Source: an uncultured candidate division Zixibacteria bacterium (GTDB lineage: Bacteria > Zixibacteria > MSB-5A5 > GN15 > PGXB01). Taken from it: a DNA stretch of 64,000 nucleotides. The DNA is taken from NCBI GenBank assembly GCA_963702205.1, contig OY969724.1:3072001-3136000 (forward strand), written 5' to 3'. A program made the position numbers and the translations under genes. The number at the start of each line of letters is the position of its first letter. Within the stretch, counting starts at the first letter, position 1. Below are positions 11,965 to 24,672 of this stretch, one piece after another. The notes beneath the pieces were generated by a model. It made no database searches. It was not told the origin of the DNA and saw only the letters and a list, made by a program, of their open reading frames with translations.

Positions 11965-14190
11965 TTAGTACCGCTCGAGAAGTTTCGGCAGACTTTCGTA
12001 GAAAGCCGTTTCCATCTGGGTCAAAGGCAGATCCACAAGGTCGTCTATTTTGAGTCTGTCGCCGCCGACCGTTCCGATCGCCTTGTACGGTACCCCGTGG
12101 TCGCTTAAAAGACCCTGAAACGTCTGAATATCATCGCGCGCGACGGTCAATATCACGCGCGACTGCGTCTCTCCGAAAAGCAGGCAGTCAGGTCGCAGCA
12201 TTTCTTCTATCTGCACTTCGGCACCGCGCATATTCTCGCGGTCGGTGATGCAGCACTCGGCCAGTGTCACCGCCAGACCACCATCGGATACATCGTGTGC
12301 CGATTGTACTAATCCGTCCTGGATGGCATCGAGAAGCGCGTCTTGTATTTCTTTTTCGTAATTAAGGTCAAGTTCCGGGACGGGTCCGGTGTTCTTATGG
12401 AAAATCGTGTGCAGATATTCCGACGCCCCCAGCTCTTCCTTATTTTGTCCGATCAGATATATGATGTCGCCGTCGTTCTTGAACCACTGGGTCGTGATGT
12501 GCTTTATATCGTGTATTATGCCGAGCATACCGATGGTCGGGGTCGGGAAGACGGCGTGATCGGGCACTTCGTTGTAGAAGCTGACGTTACCACCCGTGAC
12601 CGGTGTTCCGAACACGATGCAGGCTTCGCCCATCCCGGCGACTGATTCTGAGAAGCCATAGTATATTTCCGGCTTGTACGGGTTTCCGAAGTTAAGACAA
12701 TTCGTGATCGCGACCGGCTGCCCGCCGGAGCAGACAACGTTCCGCGCCGCCTCGGCGACCGCCTGACGCGCCCCGACGCGGGGATTGAGATAACAATATC
12801 GCCCGTTGCAATCGGTGCACATCGCCAGCGCTTTTTTTGTTTTGCGTACTCTAAGTACCGCCGCATCGGAACCGGGGCCGACCGAAGTATTGGTACGGAC
12901 GGTGCTATCGTATTGAAGATGCACCCAACTCTTATCGCAAATATTCGGCGCCGCCAACAGGGTCAACAGATCATCGTTCCAGTTGCGGTCGGTCGGATAG
13001 TCATCGAGATTGATCCGGGACAGTTTATCTATGTACTCCGGCTTGCGTGATTCTCTGTGATACACCGGTGTCGCGCCGCCAAGAGAGAGCACGTCGGCGG
13101 GAATTTCGGAGATTGTTTCACCGTCGAGACGAACCTTGAAAATCCCGCTTTCATTGGAGTATCCGATTATCGTGGAATCCAGTTCCCACTTATCGAAGAT
13201 GCGCCGAACGTCTTCCTCGCGGCCCTTCTTGACGCACACCAGCATACGTTCCTGTGATTCGGACAGGAGGATTTCGTACGGGGTCATGTTCTCTTCGCGC
13301 ACCGGGACTTTATCGATGTCGATGGTTACGCCCGCCCCGCCGCGGAATGACATCTCCGAACAGGAGCAGGTGATCCCGGCCGCGCCCATGTCCTGCACGC
13401 CGATCACGAGGTCTTCTTTGATGATTTCGAGAGTGGCTTCGAGCAAGAGTTTTTCTGTGAATGGGTCGCCGATCTGCACCGACGGCCGTTTCTCCTCGGA
13501 TTTGGCGGTCAGCTCTTCGGAAGCGAAGGTCGCGCCGTGGATACCGTCGCGGCCGGTCTTGGACCCGACAATCATGACCGGGTTGTCCACTCCGGATATC
13601 GTTCCGGAAATCAGGCCGTCGGTTTTGACCAGCCCGACCGCCATAGCGTTGACCAGCGGATTGCCGGTGTAGGCGTCGTCGAAATACGTCTCCCCGGCTA
13701 CGGTCGGAACGCCGAACGAATTGCCGTAGTCGCCAATCCCGCGCACGACGCCGTCGACGAGGTAGCGCACTCTTGGATTCTCCGGTGAACCGAAACGCAG
13801 CGAATCGAGCGAGGCAATCGGTCGCGCACCCATAGTGAAAATATCGCGCAGTATGCCGCCGACACCGGTAGCGGCGCCCTGGTACGGCTCTACGGCCGAG
13901 GGGTGGTTGTGCGATTCGATTTTGAAAACGACCGCGAGGCCGTCGCCGATATCGACCGCCCCGGCATTCTCTTCCCCGGCTTTGGACAGGAGCGCCTCGC
14001 CTTCGCGCGGCAGAGTTTTAAGCAGGGCTATGGAATTTTTGTATGAGCAGTGTTCCGACCACATAACCGAGAAAATACCGAGTTCGGTATAGTTGGGTTC
14101 GCGGCCGAGAATTTCTTTGATTTTTTCGTATTCTTCGTCGTTTATGCCGTGATCTTTGACCAGTTGAGGGGTCACCTTGGGTTGTTCCAC
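11965..14190 (-). CDS. purL: Phosphoribosylformylglycinamidine synthase subunit PurL
   Basis: [33 protein letters not shown] and SAHDVSDGG motifs. Confidence 0.98.
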   Translation of the reverse strand: MEQPKVTPQLVKDHGINDEEYEKIKEILGREPNYTELGIFSVMWSEHCSYKNSIALLKTLPREGEALLSKAGEENAGAVDIGDGLAVVFKIESHNHPSAVEPYQGAATGVGGILRDIFTMGARPIASLDSLRFGSPENPRVRYLVDGVVRGIGDYGNSFGVPTVAGETYFDDAYTGNPLVNAMAVGLVKTDGLISGTISGVDNPVMIVGSKTGRDGIHGATFASEELTAKSEEKRPSVQIGDPFTEKLLLEATLEIIKEDLVIGVQDMGAAGITCSCSEMSFRGGAGVTIDIDKVPVREENMTPYEILLSESQERMLVCVKKGREEDVRRIFDKWELDSTIIGYSNESGIFKVRLDGETISEIPADVLSLGGATPVYHRESRKPEYIDKLSRINLDDYPTDRNWNDDLLTLLAAPNICDKSWVHLQYDSTVRTNTSVGPGSDAAVLRVRKTKKALAMCTDCNGRYCYLNPRVGARQAVAEAARNVVCSGGQPVAITNCLNFGNPYKPEIYYGFSESVAGMGEACIVFGTPVTGGNVSFYNEVPDHAVFPTPTIGMLGIIHDIKHITTQWFKNDGDIIYLIGQNKEELGASEYLHTIFHKNTGPVPELDLNYEKEIQDALLDAIQDGLVQSAHDVSDGGLAVTLAECCITDRENMRGAEVQIEEMLRPDCLLFGETQSRVILTVARDDIQTFQGLLSDHGVPYKAIGTVGGDRLKIDDLVDLPLTQMETAFYESLPKLLERY

Positions 14191-14367
14191 TTCTTCCTCC
14201 GTATATTGAAAGCCGGAATATAGGGGGGATTTATGGGGTAGTCAAATAATATGTTGGGGAGGGTATAAAAAGTCCTTAACTTTAAGTCTTGATTAATCCG
14301 GCGCTAGGCGAATACGGCTTGGACTGGCCGGATCAGGCAATACTGTACAAGGATATTGTAATTACTT

Positions 14368-17300
14368 ATGCCTAAACCTGAATTGCCAGATTATTCTCGT
14401 GACGATAGACCGATAGAATTAACGTCTCGCCAAATGGCACTAATGGCATCACTCGACGAAAAATATCCAGAATTAGGAGCAATGTATTATGGAGCATTGC
14501 TTGTGTTGCGCAACAAGAGTAATCCTGATGCAGTGTACCAATCATCACATTCTATAAGAGAACTCATTAGAAGGCTTCCACAAATCGTCCCTGTATTGAC
14601 CGTTAAACCAGATAGAGTTAATATTGTAGAAAAATTAAAGGAACTAATTAATCGCTATCAAGACAACCCCGGACTCGGCAATTCAAATGAATGGATATCT
14701 GAAATATCTACTCTAATTGACCAATCATCATTTTCGCATAGGTATATATTAGGTGAGCTGTTTGATAAATGTGACCAAGCTGGTCTTTCTACTCAAGAGA
14801 AAGAGAGATCGGCTAAAAATCTTCACGATATATATACATGGTTTGTTGATGTTAGCCATCACAGAACGAAACCAAGTGTAAATGAAGTATCGCGTCAAAT
14901 AAATAGATTTGAACTAATCCTGGAAGTGTTATTTAAACCATATTTCGAAATAGAACCTGAGATAGCCAAATTAATTGAAATTCAAAATCCTTCCGTAGAA
15001 AATCTAAATAGCCTCAAGAGTCTACTTATAAAGAGAGCATTTATTGAATACTGTTTTAGAAATCTGGATAACCGCAATTGGCTGCCTTTATTGAAAGATG
15101 CTAATTTTTTCACAAAACCTATAGGGATCATCACTCATGTGGATGGCGCGGTATCGTGTCCCTCATGGCCACAATCTTCATTTCTGATGAAATGTGCCGA
15201 GTCCGATCCTGATCTCGTATGCAAAATACTCGAAGGCGTCGAGGATACGGATAACGCAAGAGTTCATCAAGAACTGGTCGAAATTTCTTTGAGACTCCCA
15301 AGTTCTATGCTGGAAACGTTTGCATATCGAGCAAAAGAATGGATAAAAGATCAATACCATACTATCACGTTATTACCAGTCCGCCTTGCCGAACTTGTGG
15401 CAAAACTAGCTTCAGAGAATCATATACTTGTGGCGTTAGGTGTAGCTGATACAATACTGGATGTGAAAATTAATGAAGACAAATATAAAGAACAGCAAGA
15501 AACGTTGAGCCTTAAGCTTCCTCCCGAAGCAGAAGCCTATGTTGACGATTGGCATTATGGAAAATTGTTAGAGATAACCAAATCTGCCTTAATTAAAGTT
15601 GCAGCGATTGATTATCTAAATATAATATGCCAAAAATTAAATAAGGCTATCAGAATCGAACATGAAGCTAAGGGTGATAAAGAGGCAAAAATCGATTATA
15701 CTTACATATCGCGTCCTGCAATAGAAGATAACGAGCAGAACACTGGAACTGACAAATTAAAAGACCACCTAATAAGCCATATCCGGGACGCGTCCATTCA
15801 AGTAGTGCAGAATAATGGTTCAATTGATGATATTTTGTCTTGCCTCAGGCAGTTTAAATATCCCGTATTTTTCAGGATAGGACTTTTTATATTAGCAGAA
15901 TTTCCCGAATTGTGTGGAAAACATATTGTCGCAATACTTCAAAATAATACACTTTTTCCCAAGCCAGGAATTCATCATGAATTTTATCGATTTTTGGAAA
16001 AGACATTTGGCAGTGTGGATGCCGAAGTTCAAAATGTCTATTACGATTGGATATCATCTGGCCCCAATCTTGAACACTATAAGGTAATTTATGAGAAGGA
16101 AACCGGTGTAGAACCGCCTCCAGAACAGATTAAAGCATACATAGGTAGATGGAAATTAAGACAATACAGTCCAATTAAATCTCATTTAAATGGTGAACAT
16201 AAAATAATTTATGAAGACCTCATGTCAAAATACAAAATTGAGGAATTTCCTGAATTTCTATCCTATAGAACAAGTTGGGTTGGCCCAACAAGTCCGCTAA
16301 ACAATGAGGAATTAAATCAAAAATCAGTTCAGGATGTAATTAGGTATTTAAAAGAATGGATTCCTTCTGGAACACATCATTCGCCATCTTCGGAAGGATT
16401 AGGCAGGATTTTTAAAGACGATGTAAGAAACCGTGCAATTGAGTATACAAAACTAGCCGATTCAATTAATCCTGAAGGGATAAGACCGGTTTATATTTAT
16501 TATTATTATTCAGGGATTGAAGAAGCAATAAGGAACAATGTTGAAATTGACTGGCAATGTATAGTTAAATTGTCTGAACGTTTAGTAAAGGATGATAATC
16601 TTCCAGAACCGGATAGAACTAAAGATGATTTTGAAACAGGTTGGCAAGGGGTCCGAAAGCAAGTTGCAAGCCTCATCTCAGAAGCACTTAAATCACCGGA
16701 TATTATACCATTCGATCTGAGGGAAAATATCTGGAATTTAATAGAAATACTATGTAAGGATGGTGATCCAACCATAGAATATGAAGCAGAATATGGCGGC
16801 TCTAATATGAGCCCTGTAGATATGTCTATTAATACAGTTCGCGGTGAAGCTGTTCATGGATTATTCCATTACTTGATATGGGTCGATGAAAATATCAATA
16901 AGGAAAAGGACCCGAAAGATAAAAAGCATTCTATTCCGGAAGAAGCCAAACCTGTTTTAAATAGATTATTGAATACTTCAATAGAACCAACATTAACCAT
17001 TCGTTCAGTAATCGGCTGGTATATTCAATGTCTTGCTTTCCTTGATCTGAGTTATATTCAAAGTAACCTGACAACCATAATTCCGCAGGATCCAGAATTA
17101 AGAAAATACCGAGATGCTACTTTTGAAGGTTATTTTTCATTTAACCACTCTAATGGTTACCTTTTCAGAAACCTCAGGGAATTTTTTACGGGAGCATTCG
17201 ACTGGGCGAATGATAGTGAAACCGAAGACTCTTATCACACCCCAAAACAGAATTATGTTGAACATTTGGCAGTATTTTACTGGTGGGGAATTGATTCACT

Positions 17301-17874
17301 GACTAATGATAATTGCCTAATTAAAAGGATTTTTAAAAATGGAAATATAAAGTTGCGCTCTCATGCCTTTGAGTTTATAGGCAGATCATTAGAAAGACTA
17401 TCGCCAATAGCCAAGGGCGGCCCGGAAGCTTTTAAGAGGCTGAAGGAATTATTGGACTGGCGTTTATCCGAACTTGAAGTATCGGATATTGAGCCAGAAC
17501 AAAAGGCTGAAGAAATGAAAGAATTCGGCTGGTGGTTTACATATGCTCAGATGAATCAAGAGTGGCTTTTGGACACTATGCTTCGAGTGTTGTCAATTAC
17601 AAATGGCAAAATCGAATGGACACATGAAGTGCTAAGACATTTGTATGACTTCATCAACGTCGACTCACAAAAGGTTGCGGCTGTTATGGACTCAATCGTC
17701 CGAGCTGATCCGGCTCCTTGGAATATTGAATATTGGAAGGAGCATTTATGTCAAATATTGGAAAAAATAAGGAATGATAAGCATAAGGAAGCCTGGGAAA
17801 TTTGCAAAAGCACAATTAACTTTTTGGGAGAACGAGGATTTCGCTCATTTGGGAAATATTTAGAAAACGAATAA
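14368..17874 (+). CDS. Large AT-rich hypothetical protein, helical; candidate defence protein
   Basis: Uninterrupted 1168-codon ORF visibly more AT-rich than its neighbours; function inferred only. Confidence 0.8.
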   Translation: MPKPELPDYSRDDRPIELTSRQMALMASLDEKYPELGAMYYGALLVLRNKSNPDAVYQSSHSIRELIRRLPQIVPVLTVKPDRVNIVEKLKELINRYQDNPGLGNSNEWISEISTLIDQSSFSHRYILGELFDKCDQAGLSTQEKERSAKNLHDIYTWFVDVSHHRTKPSVNEVSRQINRFELILEVLFKPYFEIEPEIAKLIEIQNPSVENLNSLKSLLIKRAFIEYCFRNLDNRNWLPLLKDANFFTKPIGIITHVDGAVSCPSWPQSSFLMKCAESDPDLVCKILEGVEDTDNARVHQELVEISLRLPSSMLETFAYRAKEWIKDQYHTITLLPVRLAELVAKLASENHILVALGVADTILDVKINEDKYKEQQETLSLKLPPEAEAYVDDWHYGKLLEITKSALIKVAAIDYLNIICQKLNKAIRIEHEAKGDKEAKIDYTYISRPAIEDNEQNTGTDKLKDHLISHIRDASIQVVQNNGSIDDILSCLRQFKYPVFFRIGLFILAEFPELCGKHIVAILQNNTLFPKPGIHHEFYRFLEKTFGSVDAEVQNVYYDWISSGPNLEHYKVIYEKETGVEPPPEQIKAYIGRWKLRQYSPIKSHLNGEHKIIYEDLMSKYKIEEFPEFLSYRTSWVGPTSPLNNEELNQKSVQDVIRYLKEWIPSGTHHSPSSEGLGRIFKDDVRNRAIEYTKLADSINPEGIRPVYIYYYYSGIEEAIRNNVEIDWQCIVKLSERLVKDDNLPEPDRTKDDFETGWQGVRKQVASLISEALKSPDIIPFDLRENIWNLIEILCKDGDPTIEYEAEYGGSNMSPVDMSINTVRGEAVHGLFHYLIWVDENINKEKDPKDKKHSIPEEAKPVLNRLLNTSIEPTLTIRSVIGWYIQCLAFLDLSYIQSNLTTIIPQDPELRKYRDATFEGYFSFNHSNGYLFRNLREFFTGAFDWANDSETEDSYHTPKQNYVEHLAVFYWWGIDSLTNDNCLIKRIFKNGNIKLRSHAFEFIGRSLERLSPIAKGGPEAFKRLKELLDWRLSELEVSDIEPEQKAEEMKEFGWWFTYAQMNQEWLLDTMLRVLSITNGKIEWTHEVLRHLYDFINVDSQKVAAVMDSIVRADPAPWNIEYWKEHLCQILEKIRNDKHKEAWEICKSTINFLGERGFRSFGKYLENE

Positions 17875-17881
17875 TGAAGAT

Positions 17882-17908
17882 GGCAGAACCGCCAATGGGT
17901 TCTGCCCT
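17882..17908. repeat. REP-like hairpin used as IS110 target
   Basis: GGCAGAACC-GCCAATG-GGTTCTGCC; the empty site continues CTACAG, giving a CTAC end like the other REP-like units. Confidence 0.7.
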
Positions 17909-17944
17909 TGTATATTGGCAATTGTTTGGAATTTGTTGTAGATT

Positions 17945-19063
<1,119 letters not shown>

Positions 19064-19197
19064 ATTAAGACAGTCGCTACAGTTCCGCACAAAATTCAAT
19101 GATCCCGCCGCAAGCGGTGGGCTACCAAAACACTTAAGCGGCTGCTGGGAATTTATATATTTTTTAATTTACGCCCCTCCCCTATATTCTCCGCGAT

Positions 19198-20625
19198 ATG
19201 CTTACGGCGAAGAAAATTAAAGAAAACATCGAGCGGTTTGGCCTGATCGAGCCCGGTGATGTTGTGTTGGTTTCATTTTCCGGTGGGCCGGATTCGACGG
19301 TGCTGCTTTATATATTGAGTCAGCTTGCCAAACCGATGAAATTCGATGTCAGGGCGTGCTATATTAATCACAATATCCGAGCCAAAAAAACGCTCGAAAA
19401 GGAAATCCGCCACTGCCGTATGTTCTGCGAGCGGCTGGGAGTCGATTTCGTCCTGCTTGAAGCCGACATCCCGACTATCGCCAAAGAAGAAAAGCTCACG
19501 GTCGAAGAAGCCGGGCATGTTTTTCGAAAAGAAGCTCTTCCGGAAATCTGCCGAGAAGAGGGCTGCAATAAAATCGCGACCGGGCATCATCTCGACGACC
19601 GTATCGAGACGATTCTATTCCGGCTTTTTCGCGGAACCGGTCCGGGCGGGATCGATCCGATCAAGCCCAAAGCCGGGCAGTTTATCCGCCCGCTGTTCGA
19701 TATATCGAGGTCGGAAATCGAGGACTTCATCAAGAAAACCCGCCTGCTGCCGGTGCTCGACGAATCCAACCTCGATATCAAATATACCCGCAACTATATC
19801 CGCAACAAGATCATACCAACCGTAGAAAAGCATTTTGGACCGGGATTTAAGTCATCGCTACTCAATTTTTCGGAGATAATCGGGCAGGAGAACGTCTTTT
19901 TGGCCGACGTGGCTCTTCTGGCGATGAAAAAAATTGTCGAAGTCACGCCGGGAGGAAAATTAATTGTTGATTTACCCCGGCTGGCCGGTTATGATCTATG
20001 GCTAAAAAGACGTATTATAAAAAATTGCCTTGAAGAAGCTGGCGGGCGTTCGGGAGCGGGCAGTTTTGAGGATATCGGCCGGGTAGAAACGATAATATCC
20101 GGTAAAATCAAAGCCGCCGATTTGAGAGGCGGGATGCACGCCGCCTCGGACCACGACAAGCTGTATTTTTTCAAGGGCAGAATTAAAATTAAAGCGGAGG
20201 AAGCCGAAACCCCCGGATTGCTAACGATCGACGGCCTCAACAGCGCCGTCAAATTTAAAGAAATCCCCGCCTCAAAAGCGGTCCTGAAAACCCAGAGAAA
20301 GGGCTTGCGGGTCGATCTTGATATTGACCGCGTTGCCCCGCCGATTACGGTTCGCGGGATAAAGGCCGGGGATGTATTCGTACCGCTGGGCATGACGGGT
20401 AAAAAAAAGGTCGGCGACTTTTTAACCGACCAAAAGGTTTCAAAGTACATCCGCGACGAAATACTTGTTATCGAAGATAAAAGAGGCATAATCTGGCTGG
20501 CGCCATACCGCATCGCCGACCGGGTTAAAATTGATAATAAAACAAAAAAGGTGCTTAGAATTGATCTCCTCAAAAACGCAAACCAGCAAGGCCCTGAAGT
20601 TCGACCTCCTGTACGCCCAGGATAA
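19198..20625 (+). CDS. tilS: tRNA(Ile)-lysidine synthetase
   Basis: SFSGGPDS, GHHLDDRIET, IRPL and RNYIRN motifs; C-terminal TilS_C region. Confidence 0.93.
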   Translation: MLTAKKIKENIERFGLIEPGDVVLVSFSGGPDSTVLLYILSQLAKPMKFDVRACYINHNIRAKKTLEKEIRHCRMFCERLGVDFVLLEADIPTIAKEEKLTVEEAGHVFRKEALPEICREEGCNKIATGHHLDDRIETILFRLFRGTGPGGIDPIKPKAGQFIRPLFDISRSEIEDFIKKTRLLPVLDESNLDIKYTRNYIRNKIIPTVEKHFGPGFKSSLLNFSEIIGQENVFLADVALLAMKKIVEVTPGGKLIVDLPRLAGYDLWLKRRIIKNCLEEAGGRSGAGSFEDIGRVETIISGKIKAADLRGGMHAASDHDKLYFFKGRIKIKAEEAETPGLLTIDGLNSAVKFKEIPASKAVLKTQRKGLRVDLDIDRVAPPITVRGIKAGDVFVPLGMTGKKKVGDFLTDQKVSKYIRDEILVIEDKRGIIWLAPYRIADRVKIDNKTKKVLRIDLLKNANQQGPEVRPPVRPG

Positions 20626-21109
20626 AATCGCCAAACGAGTCAAGGAGCTGGGCAATCAGATTTCAAGAGATTATGACGGCAAAGACCTGGTGCTGGTGGG
20701 GGTCCTGAAAGGGTGTGTTATTTTTCTGGCCGATCTCATCAGGGCCATTTCGATTCCGGTGGAGCTTGAATTTATGTCGGCATCGAGCTATTTTAACGGC
20801 CGTGTATCCGCGGACAACGTGCGGTCGGGTTCGGTTGTCGATCTTCCACTGGAAAATCGCCACTTGTTGATCGTCGAGGGCATTGTCGATTCCGGAAAGA
20901 CAGTCGCCTCCCTGATCGAAAAGCTAAATGCCCGGAAACCGGCGTCGATAGAAATCGTTACACTAATAGATAAAACTGCGGCGCGGGAATATAATCTTCG
21001 GATCAAATATACCGGTTTCGCCGCAGGTGATGATTTTGTTATCGGCTACGGGTTGGACGATGCTCAAAAATATCGAAACCTTCCGTTCATCGGCAAGGTA
21101 ATAGCGTAG
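20561..21109 (+). CDS. hpt: Hypoxanthine phosphoribosyltransferase (TTG start inferred)
   Basis: GVLKG, SSY, IVEGIVDSGKT, FVIGYGLD and YRNLP motifs; tilS-hpt-ftsH synteny. Confidence 0.88.
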   Translation: MISSKTQTSKALKFDLLYAQDKIAKRVKELGNQISRDYDGKDLVLVGVLKGCVIFLADLIRAISIPVELEFMSASSYFNGRVSADNVRSGSVVDLPLENRHLLIVEGIVDSGKTVASLIEKLNARKPASIEIVTLIDKTAAREYNLRIKYTGFAAGDDFVIGYGLDDAQKYRNLPFIGKVIA

Positions 21110-21182
21110 ACCGAACGGCCGGACAATAAAGTTAGGCCATTTGCCGATAATTAAGTATATTATTAGGGAGTTGTATTTTTTT

Positions 21183-23159
21183 ATGAAATTAAGATCAGAA
21201 CAGAATTTTTCGGATAGAGATTCGGAAAGACAGAAACCACCGGGAAAGGGCAACCCCGATGGGCGCGACCCGTTCAGCTGGAAGGGACCGCTCAAAAGTC
21301 TCGGCTTTTGGGTTGTCATTATTCTGGCGTTTATTTTTGCCTTCAGCATTTATAATTCGTCGAGCGGTGACGTTGCCGAGATTTCCTACACCGAATTTCT
21401 CAATCAACTGAAGAATAACAATATTCGCGAAGTCACGTTTATCGAGCGTAATATCGAAGGTGTCTTGAAAGAGCAGACGACTCTGGTGACGCAGACCGCG
21501 ACCGGTCAGTACACCAAATTCAAGGCCCGGATTCCTTTCGACGATAACAGCTTCACTCTCGTGCACCGTCTCGAAAACGCCGGTGTGACGATCAAGGCCA
21601 AGACCGAGGGACCGAATTACTTTTCGATCCTGATATCGATCGCCCCCTGGTTTTTGCTGATATTTGTCTGGCTGTTTTTCCTGCGTCAGATGCAGGGCGG
21701 CGGCGGTCCGCGAGGCATCTTCTCATTCGGCAAAAGCCGCGCGAAACTGCTGACCGACGAGCGCCCCAAAGTGACGTTCGACGACGTGGCCGGTATTGCC
21801 GAAGCCAAAGACGAAGTATCCGAGATTATAGAATTTTTGAAAGAACCGGCTAAATTTTCGCGCCTCGGCGGCAAAATTCCCAAAGGCGCTTTGTTGATAG
21901 GCCCTCCCGGATCGGGTAAGACTCTTCTCGCCCGAGCCGTGGCCGGTGAAGCCGGTGTGCCGTTTTTCTCGATGTCCGGTTCGGATTTTGTCGAGATGTT
22001 TGTCGGTGTCGGTGCTTCGCGCGTTCGCGACCTTTTTGAGCAGGGAAAGAAAAACGCTCCCTGCATTATTTTTATCGATGAAATCGATGCCGTCGGCCGT
22101 CACCGTGGGGCCGGATTGGGAGGTGGGCACGATGAACGCGAACAGACTTTAAACCAGTTGCTGGTTGAAATGGATGGCTTCGAATCCAACGACGGTGTTA
22201 TTCTCATCGCTGCCACCAACCGCCCCGACATTCTCGATCCGGCCCTGCTGCGCCCCGGCCGGTTCGATCGTCAGATAGTTGTCGATTCACCCGACGTGCG
22301 TGGTCGTGAGGGAATTTTAAGTGTTCATACCAAGAAAATAAAGTTAAGCGAAGATATCGATATTAAGATTTTGGCCCGCAGCACACCGGGTTTGTCCGGG
22401 GCCGATCTCGCCAATATGGTCAACGAAGCGGCTCTACTGGCCGCTCGCAAAGACCATGATTCGGTGAATATGAACGATTTCGAGGAAGCCAAGGATAAAG
22501 TCATGATGGGTGCCGAAAGGCGCTCTCTGGTGATCCCCGAAGATGAAAAGAAAATGATTGCCTATCACGAATCGGGACATGCCCTGGTGGCGAAATATCT
22601 GCCCGAGGCCGACCCCGTGCATAAAGTAACTATCATTCCAAGAGGAATGGCCTTGGGCGTGACGCATTATTTACCGGTCGATGAACGTCATACGCATTCC
22701 AAGCGAAGGCTGGAAACTCGTCTGGTATACGCCATGGGCGGACGGGTAGCCGAAAAAATAGTTTTCAATCAGGTTTCAACCGGAGCCGCCGATGATCTCC
22801 GCCGCGCCACCGAAATTGCTCAGAATATGGTTTGCAAATGGGGTATGTCGGACAAAGTCGGACCAATGACGCTCGGACGCCGCGAAGAGCAGATATTTCT
22901 TGGCCGGGAACTGGCGACCCATCGCGATTATTCCGAATCCACGGCGCAACTGATCGACGAAGAAGTTAAATTGATAATTCATAAGGCCGAAGATACGGCT
23001 CGCCAGATTCTTACTGAAAATCGCAAATATCTGGATCTTCTGGCGCAGGCGTTGCTGGAGAAAGAAGTTATCGATGGCCACCAGATCGATGTCATAATCG
23101 GCAGAGATGGGCCCACCGATGTGCCGTCACCGGAACCGGCTCCGGAGGTCGATGGATAA
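21183..23159 (+). CDS. ftsH: ATP-dependent zinc metalloprotease FtsH
   Basis: Two TM segments, [15 protein letters not shown] and HESGH motifs. Confidence 0.97.
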   Translation: MKLRSEQNFSDRDSERQKPPGKGNPDGRDPFSWKGPLKSLGFWVVIILAFIFAFSIYNSSSGDVAEISYTEFLNQLKNNNIREVTFIERNIEGVLKEQTTLVTQTATGQYTKFKARIPFDDNSFTLVHRLENAGVTIKAKTEGPNYFSILISIAPWFLLIFVWLFFLRQMQGGGGPRGIFSFGKSRAKLLTDERPKVTFDDVAGIAEAKDEVSEIIEFLKEPAKFSRLGGKIPKGALLIGPPGSGKTLLARAVAGEAGVPFFSMSGSDFVEMFVGVGASRVRDLFEQGKKNAPCIIFIDEIDAVGRHRGAGLGGGHDEREQTLNQLLVEMDGFESNDGVILIAATNRPDILDPALLRPGRFDRQIVVDSPDVRGREGILSVHTKKIKLSEDIDIKILARSTPGLSGADLANMVNEAALLAARKDHDSVNMNDFEEAKDKVMMGAERRSLVIPEDEKKMIAYHESGHALVAKYLPEADPVHKVTIIPRGMALGVTHYLPVDERHTHSKRRLETRLVYAMGGRVAEKIVFNQVSTGAADDLRRATEIAQNMVCKWGMSDKVGPMTLGRREEQIFLGRELATHRDYSESTAQLIDEEVKLIIHKAEDTARQILTENRKYLDLLAQALLEKEVIDGHQIDVIIGRDGPTDVPSPEPAPEVDG

Positions 23160-23706
23160 GGTTAAGATTATCCGGGGCGCAAAACTGATTCTCGAAGGAA
23201 TCGGTGAAAACCCCAACCGTGAGGGGCTGAAACGTACGCCGGAAAGGCTCTACGAATTTTATAAAGACGTCTTTTCGGGCATCAAAGAAAAGCCCGAAAA
23301 GACTCTTAAGCTTTACACTACCCCCAACAAAGATGAACTGATAATCGTCCGCGATATCAGCTTTTATTCCATGTGCGAGCACCACCTGGTTCCGTTTTTC
23401 GGACGGGTGCATATCGCCTATATCCCGAAAACCAACAAGATAACCGGCTTTTCCAACCTGGTTAAAACGGTTGAGGTTTTCGCGAAACGTCCGACCGTTC
23501 AGGAAAAGCTGACGTCACAGATCGCGGATTCGATATATGAAACGCTCGGCGCCAAGGGCATTCTGGTCGTGGTGGAAGCCGAGCACCTCTGTATGACGAT
23601 GACCGGGGTCAAAAAACCGGGTTCGAAAACAATCACCTCGGCCGTGCGGGGTATTCTCCGCCGTGATGCCACCCGGGCCGAGGCACTGGCTTTGATCAAG
23701 CAATGA
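23152..23706 (+). CDS. folE: GTP cyclohydrolase I
   Basis: REGLKRTPER, SMCEHHLVPF and HLCMTMTG motifs. Confidence 0.95.
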   Translation: MDKVKIIRGAKLILEGIGENPNREGLKRTPERLYEFYKDVFSGIKEKPEKTLKLYTTPNKDELIIVRDISFYSMCEHHLVPFFGRVHIAYIPKTNKITGFSNLVKTVEVFAKRPTVQEKLTSQIADSIYETLGAKGILVVVEAEHLCMTMTGVKKPGSKTITSAVRGILRRDATRAEALALIKQ

Positions 23707-23805
23707 TTGTTTCTTCATTTGTTGCTTGTAATTTCAATATTATCTTGCCCGTCGTGCCGGGCCGTTCTATATTTATGATAGACCTTTTGCGATCGGTATA
23801 GACCC

Positions 23806-24672
23806 ATGGAAGGAATTGTCGTTCATAAGAATAAAATGCCTCTGCCCGACGGGCGGTTTCTCGATTTCGACCGTCCGCTGGTGATGGGTATCGTCAATGT
23901 CACGCCGGATTCTTTTTCCGACGGCGGGAAATTTATCGATGCCGACCGCGCCTTCGATCATGCCAAACAATTGGTGGACGAAGGCGCGGATATAATCGAC
24001 ATCGGCGGCGAATCGACCCGCCCCGGGTCCGACCCGGTCACCGAGGCCGAAGAAACCGTGCGAGTAGTACCCATCATAAAAAAGCTGCGGAATCACTGTG
24101 ACATTCCCATTTCGGTTGACACGACCAAATCCGGGGTCGCCGAGCGGGCGGTGGCGGCCGGGGCCGACATCATAAACGACGTCTCCGCGTTGCGGCATGA
24201 TCCGAAGATGGTCGAAATCGTGGCCGAAAACAAAACGCCGGTCGTGTTGATGCATATGCTGGGCAAACCGAAAACGATGCAGGTTAGCCCGTCGTACGCC
24301 GACTGTGTCAGCGAAGTCAAGCAGTTCTTTTCCGAGCGCATTCATTTTTGTCTGAACTACGGAATCGACCGTTCGCAAATCATTCTCGATCCGGGGATCG
24401 GTTTCGGTAAACGCCTCGAAGATAATTTGATCATTCTCAGGCGCCTCGACGAATTCACCAAGTTTGAATGTCCGGTTATGATCGGAGCCTCGCGCAAGTC
24501 GTTCATACAGATGATAACGCGGCGCAAAGACACGCCCGAAGACCGGCTGGGAGGATCGCTGGCGGCGGCCCTCTGGGGACTGACCAAAGACGTCAACATA
24601 ATTCGCGTGCACGACGTCGCCGCGACGGTTGAAGCCATTGCCGTGGCCAAAGCCATTGAGGAAGCGAACTGA
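23806..24672 (+). CDS. folP: Dihydropteroate synthase
   Basis: NVTPDSFSDGG, GGESTRPG, DPGIGFGK, SRKSF and RVHDV motifs. Confidence 0.97.
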   Translation: MEGIVVHKNKMPLPDGRFLDFDRPLVMGIVNVTPDSFSDGGKFIDADRAFDHAKQLVDEGADIIDIGGESTRPGSDPVTEAEETVRVVPIIKKLRNHCDIPISVDTTKSGVAERAVAAGADIINDVSALRHDPKMVEIVAENKTPVVLMHMLGKPKTMQVSPSYADCVSEVKQFFSERIHFCLNYGIDRSQIILDPGIGFGKRLEDNLIILRRLDEFTKFECPVMIGASRKSFIQMITRRKDTPEDRLGGSLAAALWGLTKDVNIIRVHDVAATVEAIAVAKAIEEAN

